Positions 1-9,062 of a stretch of DNA of 64,000 nucleotides are shown piece after piece. Numbering within the stretch: position 1 is the stretch's first letter; every line of letters starts with the position of its first letter. The DNA is taken from assembly GCA_964643685.1 (NCBI GenBank), contig CAZXTN010000003.1, positions 15,895 through 79,894 of the forward strand, given 5' to 3'. The translations under genes were made by a program, and so were the position numbers. The notes beneath the pieces are model-generated. The model was given only the letters and a program-made list of their open reading frames with translations, did not search any database and was not told the DNA's origin. The stretch is from Candidatus Micrarchaeota archaeon. Lineage in GTDB: Archaea > B1Sed10-29 > JAJRYS01.

Positions 1-1197
1 ATTACAGCAGCATCAGTAGCTGTTCTTATTGTCAAAGCAGGCGCGCTGTTCCTAATAGGATACTTCCTGAACAAATTCATCTTCCCTAACTTGCTTAAAG
101 CAGCTGAAAAATCCCAAGAACTCCTATTCCTCACAGCAATTTCAACACTATTCTTCTTCATGGGCCTCGCTTACGACTTAGGCTTCTCAATAGCAATAGG
201 AGCACTTGTCGGAGGAATCTCACTTTCATTAATTCAATTTGAAACAGAAATAAACGGAAAAATAAAAACGCTTAGGGATTTCTTTGCAATAATCTTCTTC
301 GTCTCCCTTGGCATGCAAATAACATTGAATTTAAGCCCATGGGCTATTGAACTAATCCTTGCAATCATCCTGCTTACTGTCCTGCTCAAGCCTCTGATAC
401 TATTCCTCCTTCACTTGATATCAGGTTACGGAGGAAGAACTTCTTTAATCACAGGAATAGGGCTTGGTCAAATGAGCGAATTTTCATTCATAATAGCTGT
501 GCAAGGCGTTGCTCTTGGATACTTGACTCAAGAACAATTCACTGCAATGACAATCCCAATAATACTGACAATAGCTGTCTCTCCTTATTTTTTCAAATAC
601 GACAACAGCATATTCAACGCATTGTTGAAAATAAAAAATAAATTAAAATTACCTGACTTGAAGTTCATTAGAAGAAGAGTGCCGAAAACGAGAAAAATCA
701 ACACAAAAGAACTTAAAAACCACACCCTGCTAATAGGAGCTCATAGAATGGGAAGAGAGATAATAAACGAGCTTCATAAAAAACACAAGCTAATTATAAT
801 TGACTACGACCCTGAAGTGATAAAAGAACTTGACTCAAAAGGATACAATTGCATTTACGGAGACGCTTACAACGACTACATCCTTGAAAAAGCAAAAGCA
901 GGTAAAGCAAAACTAGCAGTCATTACAATTCCAGATGATTCAATAATACTTGCAGTGATTTCAAAACTTAGAAAAATGAACCCAAAAATCAAGATATTCA
1001 CAAGAGCAAACTTTGTTGAAGATGCAATTAAATTCTACGAAGCAGGAGCAAATGCAGTGATACTCCCAGAAGTAATAGCTGGACAGAAAATGATTAAAAG
1101 AATAAACTCCCTAGTAAAAGACGAAGTTAAAATAAAAAAAATGAAAGAAAAGCATTTGAAAGAACTTAGAAAAAACTGCAAAAAAAACAAGACTTGA
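1..1197 (+). CDS. Kef-type K+/H+ antiporter (CPA2) with C-terminal TrkA-N/KTN domain; 5' truncated by window edge
   Basis: Frame open from base 1; multiple TM helices, LRDFF..IFFVSLGM and GLGQMSEFSF motifs; Rossmann-like LIGAHRMGR...YGDA...IFTRA. Confidence 0.9.
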   Translation: MTAASVAVLIVKAGALFLIGYFLNKFIFPNLLKAAEKSQELLFLTAISTLFFFMGLAYDLGFSIAIGALVGGISLSLIQFETEINGKIKTLRDFFAIIFFVSLGMQITLNLSPWAIELILAIILLTVLLKPLILFLLHLISGYGGRTSLITGIGLGQMSEFSFIIAVQGVALGYLTQEQFTAMTIPIILTIAVSPYFFKYDNSIFNALLKIKNKLKLPDLKFIRRRVPKTRKINTKELKNHTLLIGAHRMGREIINELHKKHKLIIIDYDPEVIKELDSKGYNCIYGDAYNDYILEKAKAGKAKLAVITIPDDSIILAVISKLRKMNPKIKIFTRANFVEDAIKFYEAGANAVILPEVIAGQKMIKRINSLVKDEVKIKKMKEKHLKELRKNCKKNKT

Positions 1198-1227
1198 AAA
1201 ACAAATAAAACAAAGAGGATATGAAAA

Positions 1228-1656
1228 ATGAACTCGAAAATAAAAGCACTTGCAATACTCATAATAAGCATCATTACCTTCAGCTTAGGCTTTTTATCAG
1301 AAAACCTTGGAATAAAAACACTTCAAATAATACCCCCTGCAACAACAAACATCACATTAGTAGTAATCACCTTCGGATTTGGAATGCTCTTCTTCGGATA
1401 CTTCCCATGGATACTAACTTACTTCATAGGGGAATACCTCGGCTTAATTTTCAAACTTCATCAGCAATCCACAACCCAAATATTACTCCTTACCCTTGCA
1501 ATAATGCTAATTGCCTTCTCAAGCTCATGGCTTGGAATAAGCTTATACAATGACTTAGCTGGAAAACAAAGCGCTTTCTCAAAAGAATTGAAAAAAAACA
1601 CGATAATCATAATAATCTCACTTATTCTAGCAATAGCAAGCCAAGTTATTGCATAA
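1228..1656 (+). CDS. hypothetical membrane protein
   Basis: 142-aa ORF with ~5 hydrophobic segments. Confidence 0.7.
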   Translation: MNSKIKALAILIISIITFSLGFLSENLGIKTLQIIPPATTNITLVVITFGFGMLFFGYFPWILTYFIGEYLGLIFKLHQQSTTQILLLTLAIMLIAFSSSWLGISLYNDLAGKQSAFSKELKKNTIIIIISLILAIASQVIA

Positions 1657-1920
1657 AAGTAGTTACAACAATATTTTTAAATAGAAGTTAAGAGCTTAAC
1701 TATAACTGAACAGACCTTTTTTCCAGAATGCGTCACCGTTGTTTTGGGAGAGTTTTCCGTTCAAAAAACTCTCCTATCTATTTTTACCTGAATCAAAAAG
1801 CAGAATTAGAAGATAATAGAAACAGGAGTTTACAAAACATTTATAAACATGACACGATTACATTCTAACCTGCACACAAGAACTTGGACGAAAAAACGAA
1901 ATTAAAGGAGGGACGAGAAA

Positions 1921-2043
1921 ATGAGCATGGCTAAATTTGCTAAATACAAGCAGCTTGAACAATTAAAAACTTTTTCTGAAAACAACAAAAGATACTTAAA
2001 CATAAGCATAGGCACTGTAATAACAACCCAAATGCCAAACTAA
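1921..2043 (+). CDS. putative small protein (40 aa, MSMAKFAKYKQLEQLK...)
   Basis: GGAGG RBS ~10 nt before ATG, TTTATAAA box near 1840; below ORF-track cutoff. Confidence 0.4.
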   Translation: MSMAKFAKYKQLEQLKTFSENNKRYLNISIGTVITTQMPN

Positions 2044-2056
2044 AAAAAAAATCTCT

Positions 2057-2464
2057 TTAAATCCAAAAAGCAGCTGTCTTCTCCATAGCTGCTTTCAACT
2101 CTTTTTCTTTAACCCTCGGAAACTTCAAAACTTTGAATTCAAACTCTTCTTCAAAATCCCTGTAATTCCTAACCCCCTTCCATGAAACAAACAAGCTCCT
2201 TACACCCGGCTTAGCTTTCTCAACAGCCCTCTTAATCTGCCTCTCACCTAAAAACCGCACAAGAAACTCAAGCTCTTCACTTGAAGCAAAATTACAGCCA
2301 TTCTCAAACGCTTTTTTCATTTCATTAACAGCATGCAAAACCTGCTTTTCACCTACAAAAAAAGAAGCATTCAAAACCTGACAACCTTCATGACTATTAA
2401 GAAAATCCACTACTTTCTGAAAATCAAAGTCCTTAAACTGAACCAATTTAACAACAACCTTCAT
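2057..2464 (-). CDS. cgi121: KEOPS complex subunit Cgi121
   Basis: QVLNA...G..Q...A...F...N.A...E.EFL....G.RQI..A pattern; probable start MKVVVK. Confidence 0.75.
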   Translation of the reverse strand: MKVVVKLVQFKDFDFQKVVDFLNSHEGCQVLNASFFVGEKQVLHAVNEMKKAFENGCNFASSEELEFLVRFLGERQIKRAVEKAKPGVRSLFVSWKGVRNYRDFEEEFEFKVLKFPRVKEKELKAAMEKTAAFWI

Positions 2465-2565
2465 ATAATAAAGTTTAAAAAACAATAAGAATATAAAACA
2501 ATACACTTAAAAATTAAAACAAGCTAATCAAAAAAATGCTTATTTTCAACGGAGGATAGGAAAAC

Positions 2566-2961
2566 ATGGCAAAAACACAATCAAATGAAAACAAGAAAAA
2601 ACCAACAGGTGGAAAAAGAATAAACTACAAGAAAAAGAAGAAGTATGAATTAAGCGGAGTGCAAGCCCTGCCAACTATTTCAAAAAAAGACGAAAGAAAA
2701 AAAGTAAGGGCAATGGGAAACAAGAAAAAAATCAAACTAAAACACGCTTTAAAAGTCAACGTGCTTGACAAAAAAACAGGAAAATACACTGTAACTGAAC
2801 TGCAGACAGCAAGAGAAAACCCTGCAAACAGAAACTTCGCCAGAAGAAACATAATAACAAAAGGAGCAATAATAACAACAAAAATCGGAGACGTGAGAAT
2901 CACAAGCAGGCCAGGACAAGACGGATGCGTAAACGCAGTTCTAATAGAAAAAAAGCAGTAA
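2566..2961 (+). CDS. rps8e: 30S ribosomal protein S8e
   Basis: KPTGG, ENPANRNFARRNIITKGAII.T..G..RITSRPGQDG.VNAVL. Confidence 0.97.
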   Translation: MAKTQSNENKKKPTGGKRINYKKKKKYELSGVQALPTISKKDERKKVRAMGNKKKIKLKHALKVNVLDKKTGKYTVTELQTARENPANRNFARRNIITKGAIITTKIGDVRITSRPGQDGCVNAVLIEKKQ

Positions 2962-3054
2962 ACTGCTTTTTTTAAACCAATTCTTCCTTTTTCTTGGATT
3001 CACTTTTTTAATCAAACCAAACTTTTAAAAGCTAAAAAGCTGTTAAAAAAAACT

Positions 3055-4302
3055 ATGCAAGTATTAAAAGAAAACACACAAGGAATTTTTTACGCTTCTT
3101 TAATGCTATTTCTTGTATTTGGCTTAACATTCATACTAGTAACTACTTTGAATCCATTTGAAACAAATTCATTAAATTTAAAAGCACCAGCACAGCCAGT
3201 AATACTCCCCATAGAATCACCAAGCTGCCCTGTTAACTTAACAACAATAACAAGCAAAGACACTGCAACTTTAAAATGGAACTTATGCAATGAAACAGAT
3301 TTTTACAGGCTAAACAAAAGAGTTTTAAACGGCAGTTGGCAATGGGTAAAAGATTATGAAAAAACAAGAAACAATGCCCTTGTATTAAGACAAGAAGAAG
3401 ATATGGAATACAGGATCATAGCCTTAATAGGAGAGTCACTGCAATTAAATGGAACAGAAAATAACACAATTTTAAACATTTCAAACACGATATTAATCCC
3501 AGCTAAAATACAAGAAGAGAGCAATACAAACACAACCCAAGAACAAGACAACTCAACAAGCCCTGAAAATGAAACAAGTTCAGAGCAGCAATTCACTTGT
3601 GCAATAAGCTTAAATTCACTTCAACAAAACAACAGCAGCCAATATACTTTAAAATGGAACTTGTGCAATGAAACAGATTTTTACAGGCTAAACAAAAGAG
3701 TTTTAAACGGCAGTTGGCAATGGGTAAAAGATTATGAAAAAACAAGAAACAATACAAATGTATCAATGGAAGACAAGGAAATAGAATACAGGATAATAGC
3801 AGCAAAAGGGCAGTCACTGCAGTTAAACGGAACAGAAAACATTACAATCCTAAACATTTCAAACACAGTGCTAATCCCTGCATTAATACAACAAGAAGAA
3901 AACACTACAAACACAACCCAAGAACAAAACACTACAACAGAAAATCCGCAGAATGAAACAAGCACAAGCAATACAACAAGCACGCAACAATGCAGCGACT
4001 CAGATGCAGGAATAAATAAAAACATTCAAGGAACAGCAACTCTTGGAACCACTTCAAAAACAGACTACTGCTCAGGAGGAGGCTTAATAGAATACTACTG
4101 CTTAGACAATCAAATAAAATCAGTTTACATTTCATGCGAAGACACATGCCAGAATGGAAAATGCATAACAAATACAACTCAAAATATCACCTCAACAGAA
4201 GAACCAGAACAAGTTCAACCACAACCAACAGTCAAAACAAACACAAACCCTTCAATAATAGACATTTTTTCAGCAATAATAAAATACTTTTTCAAAGTAT
4301 AA
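3055..4302 (+). CDS. membrane-anchored/secreted surface protein with two FN3-like repeats and a Cys-rich CxDSD.G module
   Basis: N-terminal TM; duplicated TLKWNLCNETDFYRLNKRVLNGSWQWV domain; many N-x-S/T sequons; CSDSDAG...TDYC...LIEYYC. Confidence 0.75.
   Translation: MQVLKENTQGIFYASLMLFLVFGLTFILVTTLNPFETNSLNLKAPAQPVILPIESPSCPVNLTTITSKDTATLKWNLCNETDFYRLNKRVLNGSWQWVKDYEKTRNNALVLRQEEDMEYRIIALIGESLQLNGTENNTILNISNTILIPAKIQEESNTNTTQEQDNSTSPENETSSEQQFTCAISLNSLQQNNSSQYTLKWNLCNETDFYRLNKRVLNGSWQWVKDYEKTRNNTNVSMEDKEIEYRIIAAKGQSLQLNGTENITILNISNTVLIPALIQQEENTTNTTQEQNTTTENPQNETSTSNTTSTQQCSDSDAGINKNIQGTATLGTTSKTDYCSGGGLIEYYCLDNQIKSVYISCEDTCQNGKCITNTTQNITSTEEPEQVQPQPTVKTNTNPSIIDIFSAIIKYFFKV
3268..3753 (+). 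repeat. intragenic direct repeat: 3268-3375 vs 3646-3753 (108 bp, 1 mismatch), weaker similarity continuing ~170 bp
   Basis: Direct comparison, offset 378 bp. Confidence 0.9.
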
Positions 4303-4350
4303 AGAAAAAACAAGATTAACTTTTTATTAACCAAGCACTTAAACACACTT

Positions 4351-6831
4351 ATGCCCAACTTTAAAGGACTAACCACAAAACAAGCCAAACAGCTTCAGGA
4401 AAAATACGGGAAAAACGAGATACAAGAAGGCAAGAAAAAAAGCAAGTTGCAATTGCTTCTTGAACAATTCACTTCCCCAATCATCCTTCTTTTAATCCTC
4501 GCTGCAATTGTCTCACTTTTCGTCAACCACCAGCAGCATCAAAACTACTTCGATTCAATACTAATACTAATAATAGTCCTAGCTTCTGGAATAGCAGGCT
4601 TCATACAAGACTACAAAGCAGAAGAAGCAGTGGAAGCACTTAAAAAACTATCAACGCCAACAGCCAAAGTAATTAGAAACGGAAAAGAAATTGTAATAAG
4701 TTCAAGTGAACTTGTACCAGGGGACATTATCCTGCTTGAAGGAGGAGACGTTGTCCCAGCTGACGCTGTCATCCTAGAAGGAGAACTTGAAGTCGACGAA
4801 TCCGTGCTTACAGGCGAAAGCGGTTCAGTGAAAAAAACAAAAAACCAAAACATTTTCTCAAACTCAAACATCTACGTAGGCAGAGCAGTAGCTCAAGTCA
4901 AAGCAATTGGAATGCAGACAAAAGTCGGCAGAATAGCAGCTAAAATGCAGGAAATACAGCAAGAAAACACTCCATTCCAAAGCCATATGAATTCATTCAC
5001 TAAAAAAATAGTCGCATTTACAATCATTGTAATAATCCTAACTTTCCTAGCAAGCTACGGAAAATTCGGAGTAATGGAAGCATTCATGATAGCAGTTTCC
5101 CTAGCAGTCGCAGCCATACCAGAAGACCTGCCAGCAGTCATAACAATAGCAGTTTCCCTCGGCGCCAAACAAATGGCAAAAAAGAAAGCACTAATCAGAA
5201 GACTAGCTACAGCAGAGTCAATCGGCACAATAGAAGTAATCTGCACAGACAAAACAGGCACACTTACCTTGGGAAAAATGAAACTAGAAAAATACTGGTA
5301 CCCAAACAAAGCAAACAATGAAGAACTATCCCTCCAATGCTCCTACTACTGCAACGACGCTGAAAAAATAATCAAAAACGGAAAACCGCAATGGGTAGGA
5401 GACGAAACAGACATAGCCCTCAAAGAACATTCATTCAACAAAATAAAAGAGATAGGAAAAAGAATACACACAATCCCCTTCAGTTCAAAAAGAGAGATGA
5501 TGACAGTAACCCAGGAACTAAAAAAAGGAATATTCACTTACTCAAAAGGAGCACCTGAAGTCATTCTCGAAAAATGCACGAAAGTAAAAACAAGCAAAGG
5601 AGAAACAAAACTAACTCAAAAAATGAAACAAGAGATACTTGGAAAAAATGAAGAATTTGCCTCGCAAGGATACCGCGTACTAGCACTAGCATACAAAAAA
5701 GGAAGCAAAAAACCAGAACAAGAACTTACATTCATCGGACTAAGCGTGCTGATAGACCCCCCTCACCCAGAAGCAGCAACAGCAGTAAAAGAATGCCAAG
5801 AAGCAGGCATAAGAGTAATCATGATCACAGGAGACAACCCTAAAACAGCTGAAAGCATAGCAAAAAAAGTCGGAATAAAAACAAAACAAGTGGTTATAGG
5901 AAAAGAAATTGATGAAATGACTGACGAAGAACTCGGCATAAAACTAAACCAAGGAGTAAATGTATTTGCACGCACTGACCCTTTCCACAAGCTTAGAATA
6001 CTCCAAGAACTGCAAAGACAAGGCAAAGTCGTGGCAATGACAGGAGACGGAGTAAACGACTCCCTTGCCTTGAAAAAAGCAGACGTCGGCATAGCAATGG
6101 GCTTAAGAGGAACAGAAGTAGCTAAAGAAGCCAGCGACATAATACTACTAGACGACAACTTCACTACAATCAGAGACTCCATCAAAGAAGGCAGAAGAAT
6201 CTTCGACAACATCAGAAAATTCGTCGACTACCTCTTAACATGCAACACAGCAGAAGTAGCAGTAGTGCTACTCTCATCACTCTTCCTTCCTTTCATAAGC
6301 CTATTCCCAGTGCAAATCCTATGGATAAACCTAATCACAGACGGCTTGCCTGCGCTCGCATTATCAGTAGACCCAGCCAGGCCAGATATAATGAAAAGAA
6401 AACCAAGAAAAAAAACAGAAGGAATCATAAACAAAAAACTAGCTTTCCTAATAGGAGGAATAGGAATTAAAAAATCACTTGTAATAATAGCAACTTTCCT
6501 AGCAGTGCTTCCATTCGGAATAGACAAAGCAAGAACAGCTTTATTCACTTCATTCATAATGTACGAATTCGTAAGAATAGCAGTAATAAGATACAACGAG
6601 AAACTAGAGTCAATAAAAGAATGGGTAGCAAACAAGTACCTCACATACTCATTAATAAGCTCGCTTGCGCTTCAAATAGGAATAATATACACTCCAATAG
6701 GAAAATACTTCAAAGTAGTCCCGCTTGGAATACAAGAATGGGCAATCATACTAACAGGAACAATAATAGGCTTCATACTAGGGATACTCATAGCTGAAAT
6801 AATAGACAAAAAAATAAAACAAGAATATTAA
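4351..6831 (+). CDS. P-type cation-transporting ATPase (type IIA, Ca2+-like)
   Basis: LTGES, IPE, DKTGTLT, KGAPE, MITGD, MTGDGVND, QILWINLITDGLPA. Confidence 0.95.
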   Translation: MPNFKGLTTKQAKQLQEKYGKNEIQEGKKKSKLQLLLEQFTSPIILLLILAAIVSLFVNHQQHQNYFDSILILIIVLASGIAGFIQDYKAEEAVEALKKLSTPTAKVIRNGKEIVISSSELVPGDIILLEGGDVVPADAVILEGELEVDESVLTGESGSVKKTKNQNIFSNSNIYVGRAVAQVKAIGMQTKVGRIAAKMQEIQQENTPFQSHMNSFTKKIVAFTIIVIILTFLASYGKFGVMEAFMIAVSLAVAAIPEDLPAVITIAVSLGAKQMAKKKALIRRLATAESIGTIEVICTDKTGTLTLGKMKLEKYWYPNKANNEELSLQCSYYCNDAEKIIKNGKPQWVGDETDIALKEHSFNKIKEIGKRIHTIPFSSKREMMTVTQELKKGIFTYSKGAPEVILEKCTKVKTSKGETKLTQKMKQEILGKNEEFASQGYRVLALAYKKGSKKPEQELTFIGLSVLIDPPHPEAATAVKECQEAGIRVIMITGDNPKTAESIAKKVGIKTKQVVIGKEIDEMTDEELGIKLNQGVNVFARTDPFHKLRILQELQRQGKVVAMTGDGVNDSLALKKADVGIAMGLRGTEVAKEASDIILLDDNFTTIRDSIKEGRRIFDNIRKFVDYLLTCNTAEVAVVLLSSLFLPFISLFPVQILWINLITDGLPALALSVDPARPDIMKRKPRKKTEGIINKKLAFLIGGIGIKKSLVIIATFLAVLPFGIDKARTALFTSFIMYEFVRIAVIRYNEKLESIKEWVANKYLTYSLISSLALQIGIIYTPIGKYFKVVPLGIQEWAIILTGTIIGFILGILIAEIIDKKIKQEY

Positions 6832-6900
6832 AAACAAAAAAAAACAAAATAAAAAAATAGAAAAAAGCAAGTTTTTCTCTTAAAAAGGGGGTTTTAAAAA

Positions 6901-7113
6901 ATGAAAAAACTCGGAAGAATAATCTCAAAAGAAAAAAAACACGTTGTTCTAAAAACAGACAAACTAGTTAAACTAGGAGCAAAAATCTTTGACGAAAAAG
7001 GCATACTCATAGGACACGTAACAGACTACTTCGGACCAGTAGACGGGCCATACCTACTAATAAAACCAACAAAAGACGCTGAACACTTAATAGGCAAAGA
7101 AGTATACGGCTAA
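6901..7113 (+). CDS. gar1: H/ACA RNP protein Gar1
   Basis: 70 aa, MKKLG...IG.V.D.FGPV..PY. Confidence 0.85.
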   Translation: MKKLGRIISKEKKHVVLKTDKLVKLGAKIFDEKGILIGHVTDYFGPVDGPYLLIKPTKDAEHLIGKEVYG

Positions 7114-7121
7114 AAAAGCAA

Positions 7122-7206
7122 GCAGGGGTGCCGGAGCCTGGACAACGGGCAGGGTTGAGGGCCCTGTGACTTAGTGTCCACGCGAGTTCAAATCTCGTCC
7201 CCTGCA
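7122..7206 (+). tRNA. tRNA-Leu(GAG)
   Basis: Acceptor GCAGGGG/CCCCTGC, anticodon arm CAGGG-TTGAGGG-CCCTG, long variable arm, GTTCAAATC T-loop; no encoded CCA. Confidence 0.95.
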
Positions 7207-7208
7207 TC

Positions 7209-7340
7209 CCAACGGCCGTCCGTTGGATCGACAGGCCATCTTTCGGCTTCGCCTTCGATGACCTCTAAAAAAAAGAGGGCTCTCATTTTCTTTTTTAAAA
7301 AACATAAAGAAGAAGTTATCGAGCAAAGCGAAGATAACTT
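7209..7340 (+). repeat. family-B palindromic element copy 1 (hairpin-ATCGA-hairpin) plus related hairpin at 7313-7340
   Basis: CCAACGG/CCGTTGG, ATCGA, GGCCATCTTTCGGCTTCGCCTTCGATGACC resembling the 38878-38988 element; AAGTTATC-GA-GCAAAGC-GAA-GATAACTT. Confidence 0.6.
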
Positions 7341-7418
7341 TAATTTTTCGTCACTTGTCAAAGAGAGGCTTTTAAAAGCAAAACCCTGCTTAGTAAAAAA
7401 ACAGAGGTGAGTTAAAAA

Positions 7419-7664
7419 ATGAAACTCAATGAAAAAAACTTTGCAATAGCATCAGGATTAACCTGGGGACTGTGGTTGTTTGTCCTGACAATAATTTCAA
7501 CAGCAACAGGCTATGCAGCAGCAATTTTAGCTCCACTAAGTTCAATATACATAGGATACACAGTAAGCTATGTTGGAAGCATAATAGGGCTAATCTGGGG
7601 ATTCATAGACGCAGGAATAGGAATGTACATCCTTGCTTGGATTTACAACAAGCTAGGAGAATAA
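7419..7664 (+). CDS. small 2-3 TM membrane protein (family often annotated as putative holin)
   Basis: MKLN.K.F..A.G..WG...Y.GY..S..GS.IG..WGF.D......AW.YNK pattern; GAGGTGA RBS. Confidence 0.7.
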   Translation: MKLNEKNFAIASGLTWGLWLFVLTIISTATGYAAAILAPLSSIYIGYTVSYVGSIIGLIWGFIDAGIGMYILAWIYNKLGE

Positions 7665-7897
7665 AAGACAAGCAATAAAAGCGTCCTTTAAGCTTTGATT
7701 CAAAAAAAGGACGCGTTATTGCTTTTTTCAAAAAAAAATTAATTCAAAAACAAGCTTAACCAAAAAGTTTAAATACTACTTTTATTAGAAGTATATAAAA
7801 CTTACTATTTTTTTGTTTTTTAGTGAAAATAGTGAGTTTAAAAAAAAATTAAATGAAATTGCTAATTCTTTTTTAAAAAAAATTAAAAGGTGTGTAA

Positions 7898-8956
7898 ATG
7901 GTTGTTAAAAAAAAGCAAGTTAAGAAGAAAACAGTCGCTAAGAAATCAGTTAAAAAACATGTAAAAAAAACAACAAAAGCAGCAAAAAAGACATTAAAAA
8001 AAGAAGAACCAGTTGAAGTTAAAAAAACAGAAGCCACTAACCAGAATCATCATCAAATAGTATGCCCTGAATGCGGAAGCACTGACATTACAAAGGATTA
8101 TGCAAGAGCAGAATTAGTATGCAACAAATGCGGGCTTGTTTTAGAAGAAGATATTATTGATACTGGACAGGAATGGAGGGCTTTTGACAGCGAACAGAGG
8201 GCTTCAAGAGCAAGAACAGGAGCTCCAATCAAATTCACTAAGCCAAACAAAGGGCTTTCAACTGAAATAGACCAATACAACAGGGACATAAGAGGAGTTA
8301 AAATTTCAGCTAAGTCAAAAGCGCAGATGACTAGATTAAGAAAATGGCACAAGAGAACCTCCATTTCATCTTCAATGGAAAGAAACCTTGCAATTGCCTT
8401 AAGCGAATTAGAGAGAATCTGCTCTTCTCTTTCGCTTCCTTCAAACATAAGAGAAGCATCTGCCTTACTTTATAGAAAAGCAGTTGAAAAAGGACTTATC
8501 AGAGGCAGGTTGATTGAATCAGTAGTAGCTGCTGTAATTTACACTATCTGCAGGCAATATGGAATTCCAAGAACACTTGATGAAATCTCAGCAGTGTCAG
8601 GAATCAACAAGAAAGAAATTGGAAGAACTTACAGGTTCTTAAAAAAAGACTTAGGAATTAACATGCCTTTAACCAACCCAGTTCATTACATTCCAAGATT
8701 TGCTTCTGAACTAGGTTTAAGCGGTGAAGTTCAGGAAAAAGCAAGAGAAATACTGGAACAGGCAATTGACTCTGGATTGATTTCAGGAAGAGGACCAACA
8801 GGAGTAGCAGCAGCAGCTGTTTACATAGCAGGAGTCCTGATGGGCGAGAGGAAAACACAGAAAGAAGTAGCTGACGTAGCTGGAGTAACTGAAGTCACCA
8901 TTAGGAACAGGTACAGGGAATTGAAAGAAAAATTAGGATTAGACGTGCCTGCTTAA
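7898..8956 (+). CDS. tfb: transcription initiation factor IIB (TFB) with Lys-rich N-terminal extension
   Basis: Zn ribbon CPECGS...C..CG, EWRAF, two cyclin repeats, GVTEVTIRNRY. Confidence 0.97.
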   Translation: MVVKKKQVKKKTVAKKSVKKHVKKTTKAAKKTLKKEEPVEVKKTEATNQNHHQIVCPECGSTDITKDYARAELVCNKCGLVLEEDIIDTGQEWRAFDSEQRASRARTGAPIKFTKPNKGLSTEIDQYNRDIRGVKISAKSKAQMTRLRKWHKRTSISSSMERNLAIALSELERICSSLSLPSNIREASALLYRKAVEKGLIRGRLIESVVAAVIYTICRQYGIPRTLDEISAVSGINKKEIGRTYRFLKKDLGINMPLTNPVHYIPRFASELGLSGEVQEKAREILEQAIDSGLISGRGPTGVAAAAVYIAGVLMGERKTQKEVADVAGVTEVTIRNRYRELKEKLGLDVPA

Positions 8957-9062
8957 AAATTTAAATAAATTATGAGAAAAAAGTTCTTTTTTTCTCTTCT
9001 TTTTCTTTTCTTTGAAAAAACCTTTTATTTTTTATACTGAAACTTCTTTTTTTAAAACTAGT

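Noticed and set aside
7007-7410. ORFs 7007-7207(-) and 7174-7410(+)
   Set aside because: They overlap tRNA-Leu and the palindromic element; shadow ORFs.
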